Shown here: in pieces, positions 1 through 13,700 of the stretch | How the letters are laid out: each line of letters starts with the position of its first letter | Position numbering within the stretch: position 1 is the stretch's first letter | Assembly: GCA_964016885.1 (NCBI GenBank) | Contig: OZ024742.1 | Span: 336,970,001-337,034,000 of the forward strand | Direction of reading: 5' to 3' | Length of the DNA stretch: 64,000 nucleotides | Origin: Eledone cirrhosa | Taxonomy: Eukaryota | Made by a program: the position numbers and the translations under genes | The notes under the pieces: generated by a model | What the model was told of the DNA's origin: nothing | Databases searched by the model: none | The model's input: only the letters and a program-made list of their open reading frames with translations

Positions 1-299
1 TGGCATTTTTTGTCAAATTTATTATTATTATTGACAAACATGTATGTTGGAGCAAGAAAACAGGATGACAGAGAAATTAGGAAATATTGGATTCAACATG
101 TAGAAATACATAGAAACATTAGCACACTCAATCTAAGTGTATTATAAAACTTCCTAGTACTAGAATGTGCTGATCTATACAATTGCAAATTACTTGGGAC
201 TGCCCAGTGGAGGTAACTCGTAGGTTAAAGGCTATCAAAGTAGAAGAGCAACATTCCTAACCACGTGAGATCTTTTAAAAAAGAAATGTTAAAATATAG

Positions 300-1060
300 A
301 TTCCCATGTTTCGGTGTTGATGTTGGCCTTCTTTGGAGTATCTTTCAAGCAATCTTTAAAGCGCTTGTGTGCCTTGCACTGCAAGCATTTGCCTCGCAAT
401 AGTTCTCCATACAATACTTGCTTTGGGAGTCTGCTGTCCTTTATGACCTGACCACCAGAGACGGTGTCTCATGATTATGGCCTCAATGCTTCAGACAGGC
501 TCGCTGCAGCACAATGTCTAGTGTATGAGACCTCCATGAGATTTTGAGGATAGAGCACAAGCATTGTTGGTGGAAATGTTCAAGGCACTGGATATGACTA
601 AAGTATGTTGTCCATGTCTAACATCCATAGAGCAGGGTTGTAAGCACACATGCTTCATACACTTCAACTTTCATGCACACACTGATATCAGTTACCACAG
701 GTACTTCTCCAGATTACCAAAAGCATCAGCTTTAGATAGCTGGTAGCTTACCTCTTTATCAAGGGTTCTGGTTCTGGTCAGAGTACTACCCAGGTAGATG
801 AACTTATCCACAACCTTCAATATTTCCCTTTGACAGATATAAATTGTGAAATATATGGCTTTTTGAGTGCATGCTGGTACATCACCAGTCTTTTTCAGGA
901 CGTTTGTCAGTCTAAAATCATCACATGCTGCTGAGAAGCAATCCATCAGAAGTTGAAAATTTTCTTCCACATGGCTAACAAGATCACAGTCGTCTGCATA
1001 AAGATCACATATCAGTGTAATATGTTTTTGATGCAGCAAGGAATCACCAGATGTTAAAGA
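300..1060 (-). pseudogene. Degenerate RTE/BovB-type LINE, RT C-terminal fragment
   Basis: ORF 692-1180(-) contains LYADDC, LLMDCFSAACDDFRLT, KVVDKFIYLGSTL and KEVSYQLSKADAFGNL, i.e. late RT motifs. Frameshifted; edges approximate. Confidence 0.8.
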
Positions 1061-1189
1061 GCCTTCCTGTTGTTCGATAACGTGTGCATGAAAGTGTGTG
1101 CATGCGCAGGTGTGCGTGCAAGTGTGTATGCAAGTGAGTGTGTATCTGCCAAAATTGGTCCTGGTGAATGCTTTTAACAAAACTGCAAA

Positions 1190-1769
1190 TCTATATATAA
1201 TATGAAAAAGATGTTGAATGAGAGTTGCAATGCAAACTCGACGAGCACAAAGGTCTCTAAGGCAGAATAAATTGGCTAAGAGCTGCGCTTTTCATATGAT
1301 CCATTGAAAAATTATAGAAATGATCCTAAAGTCGCGATTGGTAGCATGGATATTACTCTTGGCATGTGTTGCTTAGGAGGAACGGCCAGACATCCACTGA
1401 TATAGGACCCTCCAGCTTTATCCATATACTGCTTACAGACCATACTAACGAAACTAAACACTTCAGAAGCAATGTTATGCGGTATATTGCTGCGTTTCAG
1501 ATGACGTCCTTTGGAGCTAAAAAAGATCACACTGACTATAGTTATTTCACATTTAAAATCCAAGGCCAATGCTACCATTTAATCGGCAGTTTACTCCCCC
1601 AGCCTAATAAGGAAGTTTTATGAATGTTTTTTTTTATGCCTCTCTCACACACACACACACTAGTCTCACCTCATACTGTAAACCAGACAACACATCCAAT
1701 ACAGTCGTTTTCTCTTTTATCCATCTTCTCTTAACTGTTCTCCCGGGCGAAACCAGGTACCTCAGCTAG
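1190..1769 (+). mobile_element. Non-autonomous, internally deleted Helitron
   Basis: Starts A|TC at 1190 and ends CTAG|T at 1769, with a subterminal hairpin-like CCCGGGCGAAACCAGG. Internal ORF 1366-1623 (KHFRSNVMRYIAAFQMTSFGA...TFKIQGQCYHLIGSLLP) matches the RepHel N-terminal motif. Confidence 0.85.
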
Positions 1770-2412
1770 TATATATATTTATGTATGTTGATACTTTGTT
1801 CATATTACAAGCATTTCGTTTTTTGTGTGCAGCTTTGCTGTATATTACTGTTGTAATGCTACATGCTCCTTCTTTAACTATTTACTAGCGTGACAACTTC
1901 CACTTTCTCCTTTTTTTATGGAAGTCTATATTCACCTCCATCTGGCATTACCATTTGCACAATTTATTGGCAATGTATCCTGTCCTGTTTCCAATTGAAA
2001 TCCACTCATTTGTTGCCCCGTGTTTCTATGTTGTGTTGCTCATATGCATCTTTCCAGTGGCTTGTTCTAAGCCATTGTACAACCTAGGCTCAATATCATG
2101 CACAAAATTACATCTCACAGGGGTGGCCAAAGAGGAAGTTGATGCTTCTGTTCATTCCTTCCATGTGCTTCGTTTTTTGTTTTTTTTTCTTGTACAACTT
2201 TGCTTTATAACTTATCAAGTCCACTCAGGATTTTGGTCTTTTGAATTTTGTACATTATATATGTATATATAGTATATATACATACACAAACAAGTTTCGT
2301 TATAGAAATTTATACACACTGAATAAGAAACCATTTTGAATATAACAAGACTGAGGATGAGTTTGTTTCCTATTACCCAATGCACACCAATGATAAAGAA
2401 TCACATATTTAC

Positions 2413-2564
2413 CTCTGCTTTATGGTCTTTTTCTTTCTGTTCTTTAATATCCTTATCATTTTTATGATTTTTATCATGATTTTGGTGATTACTGCTGTTT
2501 TTATTGTTACTGGTATATGAATAATGGTTGAGTCTCCTATCTGATGGGGGTGAGTCAGTAGAGC
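2413..2564 (-). CDS. WAC: Internal coding exon of host gene (WAC-like, downstream exon)
   Basis: Acceptor tttgttttcttctgttag| and donor GAG|gtaaat. 152 nt, phase 1 to 0, open: (G)STDSPPSDRRLNHYSYTSNNKNSSNHQNHDK...KAE. Phase matches the exon at 21185-21344. Gene identity is from remembered similarity only. Confidence 0.6.
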
Positions 2565-3143
2565 CTAACAGAAGAAAACAAAAACACAAAAATTTATATT
2601 ACAAACATTATTATACAGTAAATAAATCAGAATTCAACACAACTGAAAAGTAAAATTAGGAATCAGGTTTTCATTTTTTTTTTTTTTATTATAATCAATA
2701 ACGTAGAATAGTTTAGGTCTCCAAACTTTTTTGTGATACAAATCCCACATTAACTAGAGACTCAGAAATATGTGGTTAAAATTTTCATAGTAAAGCATGT
2801 AAAATGTATGTTAGAAATAAAAGGATTAAATCATGACAAAAACAACAACATTTCACATTTATACCTCATATTTTCATGATGTCCGCAGATTTTCCAGCAC
2901 CCTTCGTTTAAACATGCTGGATAATTTATTTTGGAACACTAAATAATTCACTAAACATTTTATTAATATGAAAGCTCAAAAGTTTAAAACTGAATCTAAT
3001 ACCATGTGGGAACTTCATGTGAAATAACCGGCCAGTTGAAGTGTGGGAAATCCAAGTGTTTGCCCATAATTATATCAGATAAAATGAGATGATCAACCAT
3101 TAGCTGCTGGAAAATTGGTGTTTTACTTGTGATATATACATAT

Positions 3144-3197
3144 ATTTTCAGGCCAAAGCACCGTCCCTTCCTCCAGGTCTATCTAGTGAAAAAAAAA

Positions 3198-3230
<33 letters not shown>

Positions 3231-3277
3231 CCCACTAGATTGATCTGGAGGAAGGGACGGTGCTTTGGCCTGAAAAT
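3144..3277. repeat. Fold-back inverted repeat (~45-bp arms) centred on an A-run/(TA)n/T-run
   Basis: attttcaggccaaagcaccgtcccttcctccag...ctggaggaagggacggtgctttggcctgaaaat. Confidence 0.9.
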
Positions 3278-3667
3278 CAAATTTCAATTGCAAAAGAATC
3301 CACTTTCATAAGAAATATATAATTTAATGAAATAAAAACCTATTTATTTTAAATCCTCAAATTAATTTAGCTCCAAACAGATTATAGAAACATTTGGGAC
3401 CTTCATTCATATCCCTCATGAAACCATGGATCTGCACCCAGAAAATTCCTCTCCAAGGCACAGGTGTGGGCTAGGTCTCTTTATGGAAAACCTGAAATTG
3501 CTCATGGATGTAAGTTACTTCTCTCCACACCAACAATATTGTCCAGGGGTCAAGCAAGAGCTGATATAGTTTGGCAACATTGACATTACAGGAAAACTCG
3601 AGACACAAAGAGCCAAAAGATACTGCAAAGTTTATTAAAATGGAAAATGAATTGTCGACCACCTTAA

Positions 3668-4741
3668 TCATCATCATCAACGTTTAACGTCCGTGTTCCA
3701 CGCTTGCATGGGTTTGGACGGGGGTTTTCCCACCACTTGAGGCAAGAGTGATTGTCTTGCTCGCATAGTACTGTCTGGCGGGTTTTCTACAGCTGGATGC
3801 CCTTCCTAACATCAACCACATTTACAGTGTGGGGCTGGGAGGATTTTACTGTGTTGCCTACACGGCCACATTACAGCGTGGACTGTCTGGCGGGTTTTTT
3901 ACAGCTGGATGCCCTTCCTAACACCAACCACATTTACAGTGTGGGGCTGGGAGGTTTTTAGCATGTTGCCTACACGGCCACATTACAGCGTGGACTGTGT
4001 TTTTTTTGTCGTGACACCTACACGATCTCATTTGTTTCGGCCTGGATGTTGTGGCACCAACATAACTTTACATTGAAAGGGGCGGTGTGGATGGGGTGGG
4101 GGGGTTATTTTGTTAGAGATGACTACTGACTGTAGTAGGTTTTACTTTGTATTTAGGTAAGGCGGGTCTTCTCTATTACTGAGTACCGCCAAAGGTCTCG
4201 GTCCAGTGACATTGTCTTGGAGAGGTGTAAGTGTGCGAGGTCGGAATTTATCAGCTCGTCCCAGGTTTTTCTGGGTCTGCCTTTATTGCCCTGCACTTTG
4301 TTATACAGCTATCGTCTTTCATACGCATTACGTGACCATACCAACGTAGCCTTCTCTCGAGTAAACATCTGATCCCTCTTATTTCTAATTTTTTTCCTGA
4401 GTTCGTTTATGCTTTGCCGTTCACGTATATTACTATTACACATCCAGCGGAGCATGCAAGCTTCGTTCCTCTCTAGTCTGCGTATATCCTCTGCACACAA
4501 TGCCCAGGTCTCACTGCCATGCAACATTGCTGTTCGTATGCAGGCATCATACAACCTGCCTTTCATTTTTAGGGAGAACCCTTTAGCGGCTAATAGTGGT
4601 ATAAGCTCTCTGAACTTTTTCCATCCAGTTCTGACTCTAGCTACTGTACTTTCAGGGTACCCTCCCCCACTGCTGATTTTGTCACCCAGGTAACGGAAGC
4701 TGTCCACTATTTCTATAGAACCCTCTGCGCAGTTGAAAGAG

Positions 4742-4743
<2 letters not shown>
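3668..4743 (-). mobile_element. 5'-truncated RTE LINE, family A
   Basis: ORF 4309-4797(-) has [13 protein letters not shown]...MLHGSETWAL. The 3' UTR and (GAT)n tail match 57807-58157. The 5' end abuts (TA)n. The UTR carries a 112-bp tandem duplication (3771/3883). Confidence 0.92.
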
Positions 4744-4785
<42 letters not shown>

Positions 4786-4788
4786 CAA

Positions 4789-5133
4789 CGGAGGCACATG
4801 GCTTAGTGGTCAGAGCATTGGCCTTGCAATCGAAAGGTTGTAAGTTCAATTCTCAGACCGGGTGATGTGTTGTTTCCTTGAGCAAGACACTTTATTTCAC
4901 ATTGCTCCAGTTTACTCAGCTGTAGAAATGAGATGATAGGGACTGGGGTCCCTATCATTCCACTGCAAAGTGGTCGTGTGGGTGCCATGGCAAAAAAGCA
5001 CCCAGCACTCACTGTAATTGAGGCTGTTAGGAAGGGCATCCAGCTGTAAAAATCAAGCCAGAATCAGTTCCCGTCCCACCCTTGCAAGCAGGGAGAAGTG
5101 GACGTAAAATGATGATGATGATGATGATGATGA
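4789..5133 (+). mobile_element. tRNA-derived SINE with RTE family-B 3' terminus and (GAT)n tail
   Basis: A box TGGCTTAGTGG, B-box-like GTTCAATTC, core CCTTGAGCAAGACACTT, terminus cccgtcccacccttgcaagcaggg...ggacgtaaaatgatgatg. Confidence 0.88.
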
Positions 5134-6099
5134 TATAAGCTTCTATTCTACCAAATTCCACTCACGAGGAATTGGTTAACCAGTGGCTATAATAAATGGT
5201 GATTTAAAATTCAGTCGAGTTTTTCAATAATTTAATTTTTCCATTAGAGACATTAAAGATTCTGACATAATTTTATGATGGAAGGTTTAAATTTATATGT
5301 GGACACAAATGGCTTCATGTCATAGAACCAGGTAAGTTTCAGACTGTTTCTTTATCAGAAGAATTAAAATTTAGGACTTAAATTTCTAATTTTACAGAAT
5401 ATTAATCTTATCTTTGTGTATATTTAATACAATATTTATATCTACTCTGTGTTTCAGTTGATTTAGTCTCTAAATCATCCTCAATTGTATGTTGTCTCAG
5501 ACAGGGTTTTATCTCAGAACCAATATTTCTAAATTAAGGACATTCCTTACTTTTAGCTTTAGAAACAAAGATTTCCATGTTTAAACTCAGTTTGTGATCA
5601 TGTACTGCATGTACAGGAATAATTTAATTAATGACAATGTAAATATTTTATATATAATCTGTAAAGATCAGGTTAATAATACAAAAAATTATGATCTTAA
5701 AAATTGTTATCTAGCTGTTCTGCTAGAGAATGGGTCACAGAGGACGGATAACAATATGGCCACCAGTTGCAATATATGTGGTCACTTGCTAGGTGAATAA
5801 TCAGCTCCAAACCTAACAGCATAAGAGATAGAACAATGGATGACACTTGGCTCTTAAGAAAACTCACACAACCCAGAGATGTAGTTATGACAAGGAGAGT
5901 AAAGGTACCTCTAAAAAAGCCTAGTCTTCGTGGATCTGAGAAAATGACCAAATTGGTGACTGGTGCAAATAAGACCACCAAAACTGCAGTATGGTTAGAT
6001 TCAATAAAAGCAATCATACTGCATCATCCTTCATATGGTGTAGCAAAAGATACATTCAGACAAAAAAAAAAAAAAACATCACAAAAACTGGCGATGGGT

Positions 6100-8830
6100 T
6101 TGTGACCTGTCCTGGGAGGCAAGGGATGGATGCACAAATTCTAACCCAAAAAGGGTTCAGAAAGGAGCAAGTATTAACAATTGGCAATTAGAAACTATAA
6201 CCCTTACAGGTAAGGAGCTTGAATTAGTGAAGGAAACCAAATGTTACTAGCAGGATATAGTTGGGGTTTCTGCCAAGTTTCATGACTCTAGTACCATAGA
6301 TTTGGATGGAGGATGGAAACCCCACAATGCCAAACAGAAAGACTGAACACAGATCTTTCTTTGATGAAATCACTGCAGTGTTAAATATAGTTATGACCGA
6401 GTCATATATCCTAATAGGAGAATTCAATGCACATATTGGTACTGACCACCTGACAAGGAAAAGGTGTGATTAAGAAGAACAGCAATCCCGATCTAAATAC
6501 GAATGGAGAGGCCTTATTAGACTTATATTCTAGTAATGGGCTCTCTATTATAAACACCTTCCAACACAAGGACATCCACAAATATACGTGGTATAAGAGG
6601 AATCAGAGTCAGAGATCACTAATTGATTTTGTTATTGTCTGTTCGATTATGTGCTTGATGTTCATGTCAAGAGAATGGCTGAGCTGTCAACTGATCATTA
6701 TCTAGTTATCTAGGGCGGTGGATTGGCAGTATCGGTAGAGAGTCGGACGCCATGCTTTGACACAGTTACGGCCCTTGCCATTCTGAGTTCAAATCCCGCC
6801 GAGGTTAACTTTACTTTTCATCCTTACGGGGTTGATAAAATAAAGTACCAGTAATACACTGGGTAATAATACGCTGGCCTTGTGCCAAAAGTAGAAACAA
6901 TTATTAGGGCGGTGGATTGGCAGTATCGGTAGAGGGTTGGACGCCATGCTTTGCAGCAAAGAGTTACGGCTCTTTATGGTCTGAGTTCATATCCCGCCGA
7001 GGTTAACTTTGCCTTTCATCCTTACGGGGTCGATAAAATAAAGTACCAGTAATACACTGGGATAATTGCTGGCCTTGTGCCAAAAGTAGAAACAATTATC
7101 TAATCTGCAACTTGAGACTACTTAATGCTAAGGAAAACTGGTAGGTCCAGGTCAACTTACAGGATAAAGTGGGAAGCGCAGGCTGATGAGATCAGGATCA
7201 GGCATCCAAATTCAGAGAACCCCCTAAAGAAACTGAGGACATTGAAACAGAGTGGAAGCTGTTCAGCTTGGCAGTTTCTGTTTCAGCTGTTATATGCTGC
7301 AAGTGAAAGCAACACAAAGTGACATTGGGTAATATGAGAACCCCTTGATCCAATCATGAGGTTAAAGCTGCCATCTGAGCAAAGAAGGCGGCTTACAAAG
7401 CTTGGCTTGGAAATAAATCCTCCTTACACTCACAGCACAAGCAGGCATGAAAAATCGCAGCAGAAACAGTAAAAACCCTCCAAGGTTAATACTTCAGAGA
7501 ACTTTGAATGTTAAGGTGGAATCTGACTTTCAATCAACAAATAAAGTATCCTGGCAGACGATCTGCTGACTTAATAATAAGACCCCTCCATGCAGGAACT
7601 GATCTCCAGAAAGGCATCAAAACAATGGCAATCAGGAGTAATAATCCCAATTTTCAAAACGAGACACAAAAGAGATTGCTCTAATTACAAGGGAATCTAC
7701 TTAAGCCTCCCCAGGTAAGTGTCTAGCAAAGACATGTAAGATTATTGTTGAGTCCAAATTAGCTGACAAGCAGTGTGGTTTTGCCCTAGATGCAACACAG
7801 TCAACCAAATATTCACTCTGCTGCAGGTCTTAAAGAAATTGTGGAAATATTAGCAGATATTGCTTCTTTTGTGGACCTCGAAAAGGCATACAACTGCATT
7901 CCACGGGCGTTGTTGTGGAAAGTTCTGCAAGAGTATGGGATCAATGGACTTGTTGCCTTGAAGTCCCTGGGTGTGTACTCTCACCACTCCTGTTCATAAT
8001 TGTCATGAACAAGATTGATATGTGCAGCAAAGTTGAAGTGACATCAAGAATGGCAGGTGTTAGCTCAGTTGGCTGGAATTTACAGATGACATAATACTAC
8101 TTAACTCATTGAAAGGTGATTGACATGTACTGGATAGGTTTGCTGCTGAGTGCTGCATGGCAGAAATGAAAATTAGTGCTGTGAAGACTAAGAAACTCAT
8201 CCTCTCAAGAAAGCCTACATAATGTAATCTACATGTGAGTGGAGGTACACTGAAGCAAGTGGAGAAGTTCAAGTATATCAGAGCCAATTTCATGAGTGGT
8301 GAAAGGCAAGAGACTGAATTAAATGAAAGAATTGAAGGAGCTGGTGAAGCACTGTCATCAGATTGGGGTGGGGGTGAAAGCCAAACTCCCTATCTTCAAT
8401 TCAGTGTTCATGCCTACCTTTACCCACATTCATGAATCTTGGATAATGACAAAAAAATACAATTGTGAATACAAGTGGCCTAAATGGGGGTTCCTCTGAA
8501 GGATCTTTGGAATAGTGTTATTCGATAGGGTGTGTAACTCGGAGATCAGGGAATCATTGCTACTTTTCCGAATCAAGAGATCACAGCTCCAATACTATGG
8601 ATAGTGGTTAGAATATCTATGGAAAGAATTGCGAGACATTTTTTTATGGGCAAAACTAGCTGGCCGGAAATCTAGAGGTAGATCACGTGTAAGATGGATA
8701 ACATCCATGAGTTTGGTTGGTCTTGTTTGGGGATTCAGCCAGATCAATTGGAGATGGTTGCTTCTGATAGGACCCTCTGGAAGGTGTGTCTGAGAACTCT
8801 GCTCCAACAACCCTCTCGGGAATAAGTAGG
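6100..8830 (+). pseudogene. Highly degenerate RTE-clade LINE (endonuclease + RT)
   Basis: Fragments NTFQHKDIHKYTW..RSLIDFVIV (APE endonuclease), FVDLEKAYNCIPRALLWKVL and KQVEKFKYI (RT). Many stops; interrupted by a SINE dimer. Confidence 0.82.
6712..7098 (+). mobile_element. Head-to-tail dimer of a tRNA-SINE
   Basis: Two ~190-bp units starting agggcggtggattggcagtatcggtagag, with B box GAGTTCAAATCCC, central tttcatccttacggggt(t/c)gataaaataaagtaccag, and end gtagaaacaattat. Confidence 0.88.
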
Positions 8831-8884
8831 TGAATAAGAAAAGAAAAATTCATCTTGAACATTTAAAGAAAAAGAAAAATTAGC

Positions 8885-9592
8885 TCCTAGTTTAGCCCTA
8901 CAATATTTCTAATAAAAAGCACTACCTATGATTTTCAACTAATTTTGAAAATTTGGAGAAAATTGGTAATAACGTTCTTTCATCTTTCCAGGGTTGATAA
9001 AATAAAGTACCAGTCATACACTAGGATTAATATTAACTTTCTCCTCCCATTAAATAGATAGCCTTGTGCAAAAATTAAAAACCATTATTGAACTTGTGTT
9101 TGGAACAAAGTTTCTTACATAAAACTATGCTGGAAAGATCTTAAATATAATCACTTTAAAATAAACAGCTTGGGGCAGTTTCAGGTGATCTGCTGTTGAA
9201 AGGGGTATTATGCTTTAAGGTACATAGTTATCAAATTAATGAATTATATACTGAAATTTAAATAAAGATTAAAGTACTATAAGAAATAATTATTTACTAA
9301 ATAATTAAAATATCAGCATAAAATAAACCAACAATTTTAAAAATGTTTAACAAATAACTTCATTTAACATTCATTGAACTTTATCAAATATATAGTCATT
9401 TTCATAAAGTGCCTGAAACTGCCTTTGATTCTACGATATAAAACTTTATTTCAGAACCTTTGTTCCAAACACCAGCTTAATAACAAGTTGATATGACTAA
9501 ATTTCCCCCCAACCAATTCTTGATTATTTTCAAAAATTATTTGAAAATTCTAGGCAGTGTCTTTTATTAGAAATATGGTAAGGAAAGGGTTA
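8885..9592. repeat. Two degraded copies of an abundant ~200-250-bp MITE in opposite orientation (family recurs at 5.2, 15.6, 17.0-20.4, 22.8 and 25.9-27.4 kb)
   Basis: Shared words gttccaaacaccagcttaataa, cctgaaactgcc and agaaatatggtaa..aaagggttaa. GGGTTAA ends suggest piggyBac-type termini. Confidence 0.7.
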
Positions 9593-10799
9593 ATCTAAAA
9601 TAAACAACTTACAGAATGAAATTTATCAAGGAAACCTAGTAAAAACTATTTTCCTCTTTCTTCAATAAATTAAAATATAGAAATATTTTTGGTGGATGTA
9701 ATTTAGATATGGAGGTTTAAGTAAGTTTCTTTTGAGTGACCAGAAATATTTTAATATCAATTTGGAAACTTAAGTAGTTCCTTTGAGGAAATTTAAACAT
9801 CGAAATTTTGAACAGTGAATTAAATGATTAACTGTCTCAACAAACAACAAAGGCTCTCTAGCCCAGGGTTAGAGAAGGTAAGGAATAGATATGGAAGCAT
9901 ATCAGTAGTATATATTAAACATCCTTACCTCTATCAACACCACCATCATCATCTTTATTTTAACAACTGTGTATGTGAGTGTGTATAATATTTAGCAATA
10001 CAATAAAAAGGTTGATAAAATACCAAACTTCATTGAAAAAAAAAAAAAAAAAAAAAAATGAGTATTGGGGTCAGTATTAGTGACTAAATCCATCCAAGGT
10101 GGTGCTCCTGCAAGGATATAGAATAATGACTGAAACTGGTAAAAGAATAAAAGGATGTGTAATGCAGGTTCATAAGGAAGGCGATGCAAACGATAGGGCA
10201 AAATGGAGATGCTTGCCGTGGGGCCCATGAAGCTAGCCTTTGTTTCAGCAAGAAAAAACAACCTTAAAACATTTGTGTTGTATCTAAACGTGCATGTGTG
10301 CATATATAAAGCACACTTTGTCTTGTGCGGTCCCTATTTTGAAGTGTGCGTGTGTAAAAGGTAAACAGAAATAACAACACAATTGGTACAGTACATGGAA
10401 GGAAGATAGTTTAACGCTTGAAATAGCAGGAAGAGGGTCTTATTTTTTCATATATATATATATATATACATACATGTACATATAAGGTAAAAAACAGTGC
10501 AACGCCTAGCAAATACAAGCCGAAACCATTAGGTGTCGCAGTTAGATTTTTACCTCCTTTATACCCATTCTGCTTTCCATGGTTTAAGTACTACCCTGAT
10601 TTGTGGTCTCCCCAGTCTTATATATATCCACGCTAACATGCATCTATTCTGATAAATTATATATATATATATATGTATAAATAAAAGGATGCCAAGCAAA
10701 TAATATCAGTATGTGCCTTTAATAAATGGAGACTAACACTAGGGGTACCATTAGTCATGATAGTGTTGCACATATTACCAGGGTAGCTGGAAACATCTA

Positions 10800-13700
10800 G
10801 CCGTGCGTGAGAAACCCATCGCCCTTATCACATAATTTTAGGGTGTTACTGTAATTTTCAGCACAATGAAAGGTAGAGGGAGTGAAATTGTAGAGATGGA
10901 ATGGAATAGGGTAGATGTATTCTATGAACAGGGGATGAGATGGAGATGAGCTGCAACCAGACTCGTCACTGGTAAAGAACACAAGTACAAACTAATCTGG
11001 ATAGGTAACAATGAAGGAATAGGCATAATGGAATTTTAGGAATAGGCAACAAAGAAGTGGGTAAATGGAGTTATTGAGGTGGCTAGAATATGTGGCAAAA
11101 TTTGGAAATCTATACTGGTTGTAGGTAATACTACTACAACAGCAATCATCTGCTTCTGCACCACAATTGTGACTGACCAATGAGTAAAAGGATGTTTTAT
11201 GAGGTCCTTCCTGTGGATCACATCAATAACAAATGATAAGGAGGCTTCATTACCATGGCTGGCAACTTTACTGGACATACTATCAATACCATAATGACTA
11301 CTATTGAGTTCATAGTGGCTATATGTGATATAAATGACCTAACCATCTGCAACACGAAGTTCAGGAAATTTACCAGTCACATGATCACCTACTGACTTCA
11401 AATCTCAGAAAACAAGATGAGCACATGGTCTTAAATACTAAATATTTTTCCTTAGAAAATGTACTACCCAACATAGATTAGTAATTACATAAAAGATCTA
11501 AACAGACACAAGATAAAGAGGGTATGGAAAGTACAAGATCTTTGTGTTAAATATAAATTCAGAGATGTTCTACATAATGTGTATGAGAAGGAAGAGAAAA
11601 CTGATAGCTATAATAGAAAGCAACTGGATGTTTCTGAGACAACATGTTGGCCATTGACAAGACCTGTTGTTGGAGCAAGGTACTATAAAAGCTAAGAGAC
11701 GGACCTGGAAACACTGGAAGAAAGTGGACGGCAAAGAACACTATCAAATAGCTAAAAGGGAAGATAGGTGTCAGGTCAACATAGCTGGAAAGGAAGAGGT
11801 TTGCCAATATTTGGTGACATGAAGTGTCACTGTGAATCAAAATGTTGGGAAAAGTATAATATGACTTTGGTGCACTTAGCCTTACTGATGCACAGAAGAA
11901 AGAGACATGGAAATGGCATTAAGAAATTGTTGAATGTGGAAAATGTATGTGGATCAATTACTGTCAGTGAAACCAGCAGAAAGATGAGCTATTGAAGTTG
12001 AAAGTTATAGAGTTAAAGAATTTATTAAGAATAAAGAAAAAAAAAGCCATTAGATTATCTGGGGTAGTTGTAGATATGCTGAAAATATCTAACGATATAT
12101 GGCTTAACCCTTTAGCATTCGCATTAATTTTCAAACGTCATGCTTATCTGTTCGCATTATTTTGAGCAATTATTTTGAGTTAATCATACTCAAGAGGGTT
12201 ATCAATTTTATTTGTTTGTCATTTTCTCAATTTTCAATGTGCAGACTTGAAATTTTGTCAGTAGATGTTTAAATATCAATAATTTACAATTATATAATTT
12301 TACCTGATATTTTTGGTCAAATTTGACTTTTATGGGCAGGTGAAATTAATTAATAAGGGCATTTGAAGTATCGACCAGGTGCAAATACTAGTTTAATTTT
12401 AAATACGTTGTTTTCAGCATAATACTTGATATATAAGAATCACTAAACCTTATATCAGTGTTCCAGTAATTCTAGTCTTGGAAATTGTTTTATACCGAAT
12501 ATAATATTTACGGTAAAAAATGCTTGCATTTCCGCAGCATCTGTTGGTCGCCATAACAGATCGGGTTTTCCTCAATTTGAAATCTGTTGTTGGGCATATC
12601 GATTAATCTCTTCTGCCATAACTTCGAACAAAGTTTGTGGTAAAAACAAAAAGAAATAATCCAGTGCTTTAGCATCGGGAACTAACGTGTGTTGTGGACC
12701 AGTAATTTGAATAAAATCGGGAACATATATTGGTGTGGTATTTTTCAACCAAGTTGCTGTAATATTTTCAATGGCGCCCTGGAGTCTCCTTCGTTTTCAC
12801 TTTCAAAACAACAACCATCGTCGGACGAAATTTCAGAAATATAAATATCAGATTCATTTGAAGATAAATCACTAATATTATCGTTTTTGTTTCTTGTTTG
12901 TTCTGAATGTCATCGTGTGTAAAAACTTCAGTCGGTATCGCTACTTTCACAAGCCAAAGAAAAAAATTTGTTGCACTTTCAAAGTTAAAAAAACACGTGT
13001 TGTTTTAAGTTGTTCCACTATATTAAGTGTTAATTTTCGCGGTAAAGGCCTAATCTCGCAGCAGTCTTGAATTGACAAGATTTTGATGATGGTTTGTTTA
13101 TTTTTAGAAAGATTTTTTAGTGTGGATGTTTTCAGGCGATTTCGGGCAGTATGAACAAATGAAGGGGAAATAATTTCGGGCGATTTGAACACTGAAGGGT
13201 TAAGCTAATCACTCACATAGCTAACAAGGTAATACTCTTGAAGGAAGCAACTATAGATATCAAAATCATGGATTGAGTTATGAAAGTGATGTTAAGAGTT
13301 TTAGCAGTTATTAGAACAATTCAATTAAATGAGATACTGTTTGGATTTGTACCAGAATTGAGTACCATTTCTCAGTTATGCCCTCTTCTTGGCAAGATAT
13401 ATGCAAAAGAAATTTCTAGCTCAGTGTGAACCTCTATATCTAGCATTCATTGATTTGAAGAAAGCCTTTGATAGGATACCATGCATTGTAGTTTGGTGTG
13501 CTTTATGAAAATTAGGTGTAGATGGAATAGCTTGTGGAAACCGCATTCAGAGAAACCATCAGTAAAGTGAGAGAGGGTAATGAATTAAGTGAATAATTCA
13601 GTAGGTGTGTAGCAGGACTCAGTACACTCCTGTTTATTATAACTCTTTAGCTCATTACAGAGAAAATTAAGTAAACTCCTGTATGGTGATGACTTAGTTC

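Noticed and set aside
4409-4693. Antisense ORFs over RT regions (also 27635, 39232, 40369, 57230, 61963)
   Set aside because: Shadows of the LINE coding strand, recurring only because the LINE copies are similar.
4789-4860. Functional tRNA genes at SINE heads (also 6712, 17548, 29095)
   Set aside because: A/B boxes are present but there is no complete cloverleaf, and each runs into a SINE body.
10484-10555. Hairpin containing CGAAACC as a hammerhead
   Set aside because: No CUGANGA and no valid NUH triplet; at most a remnant.
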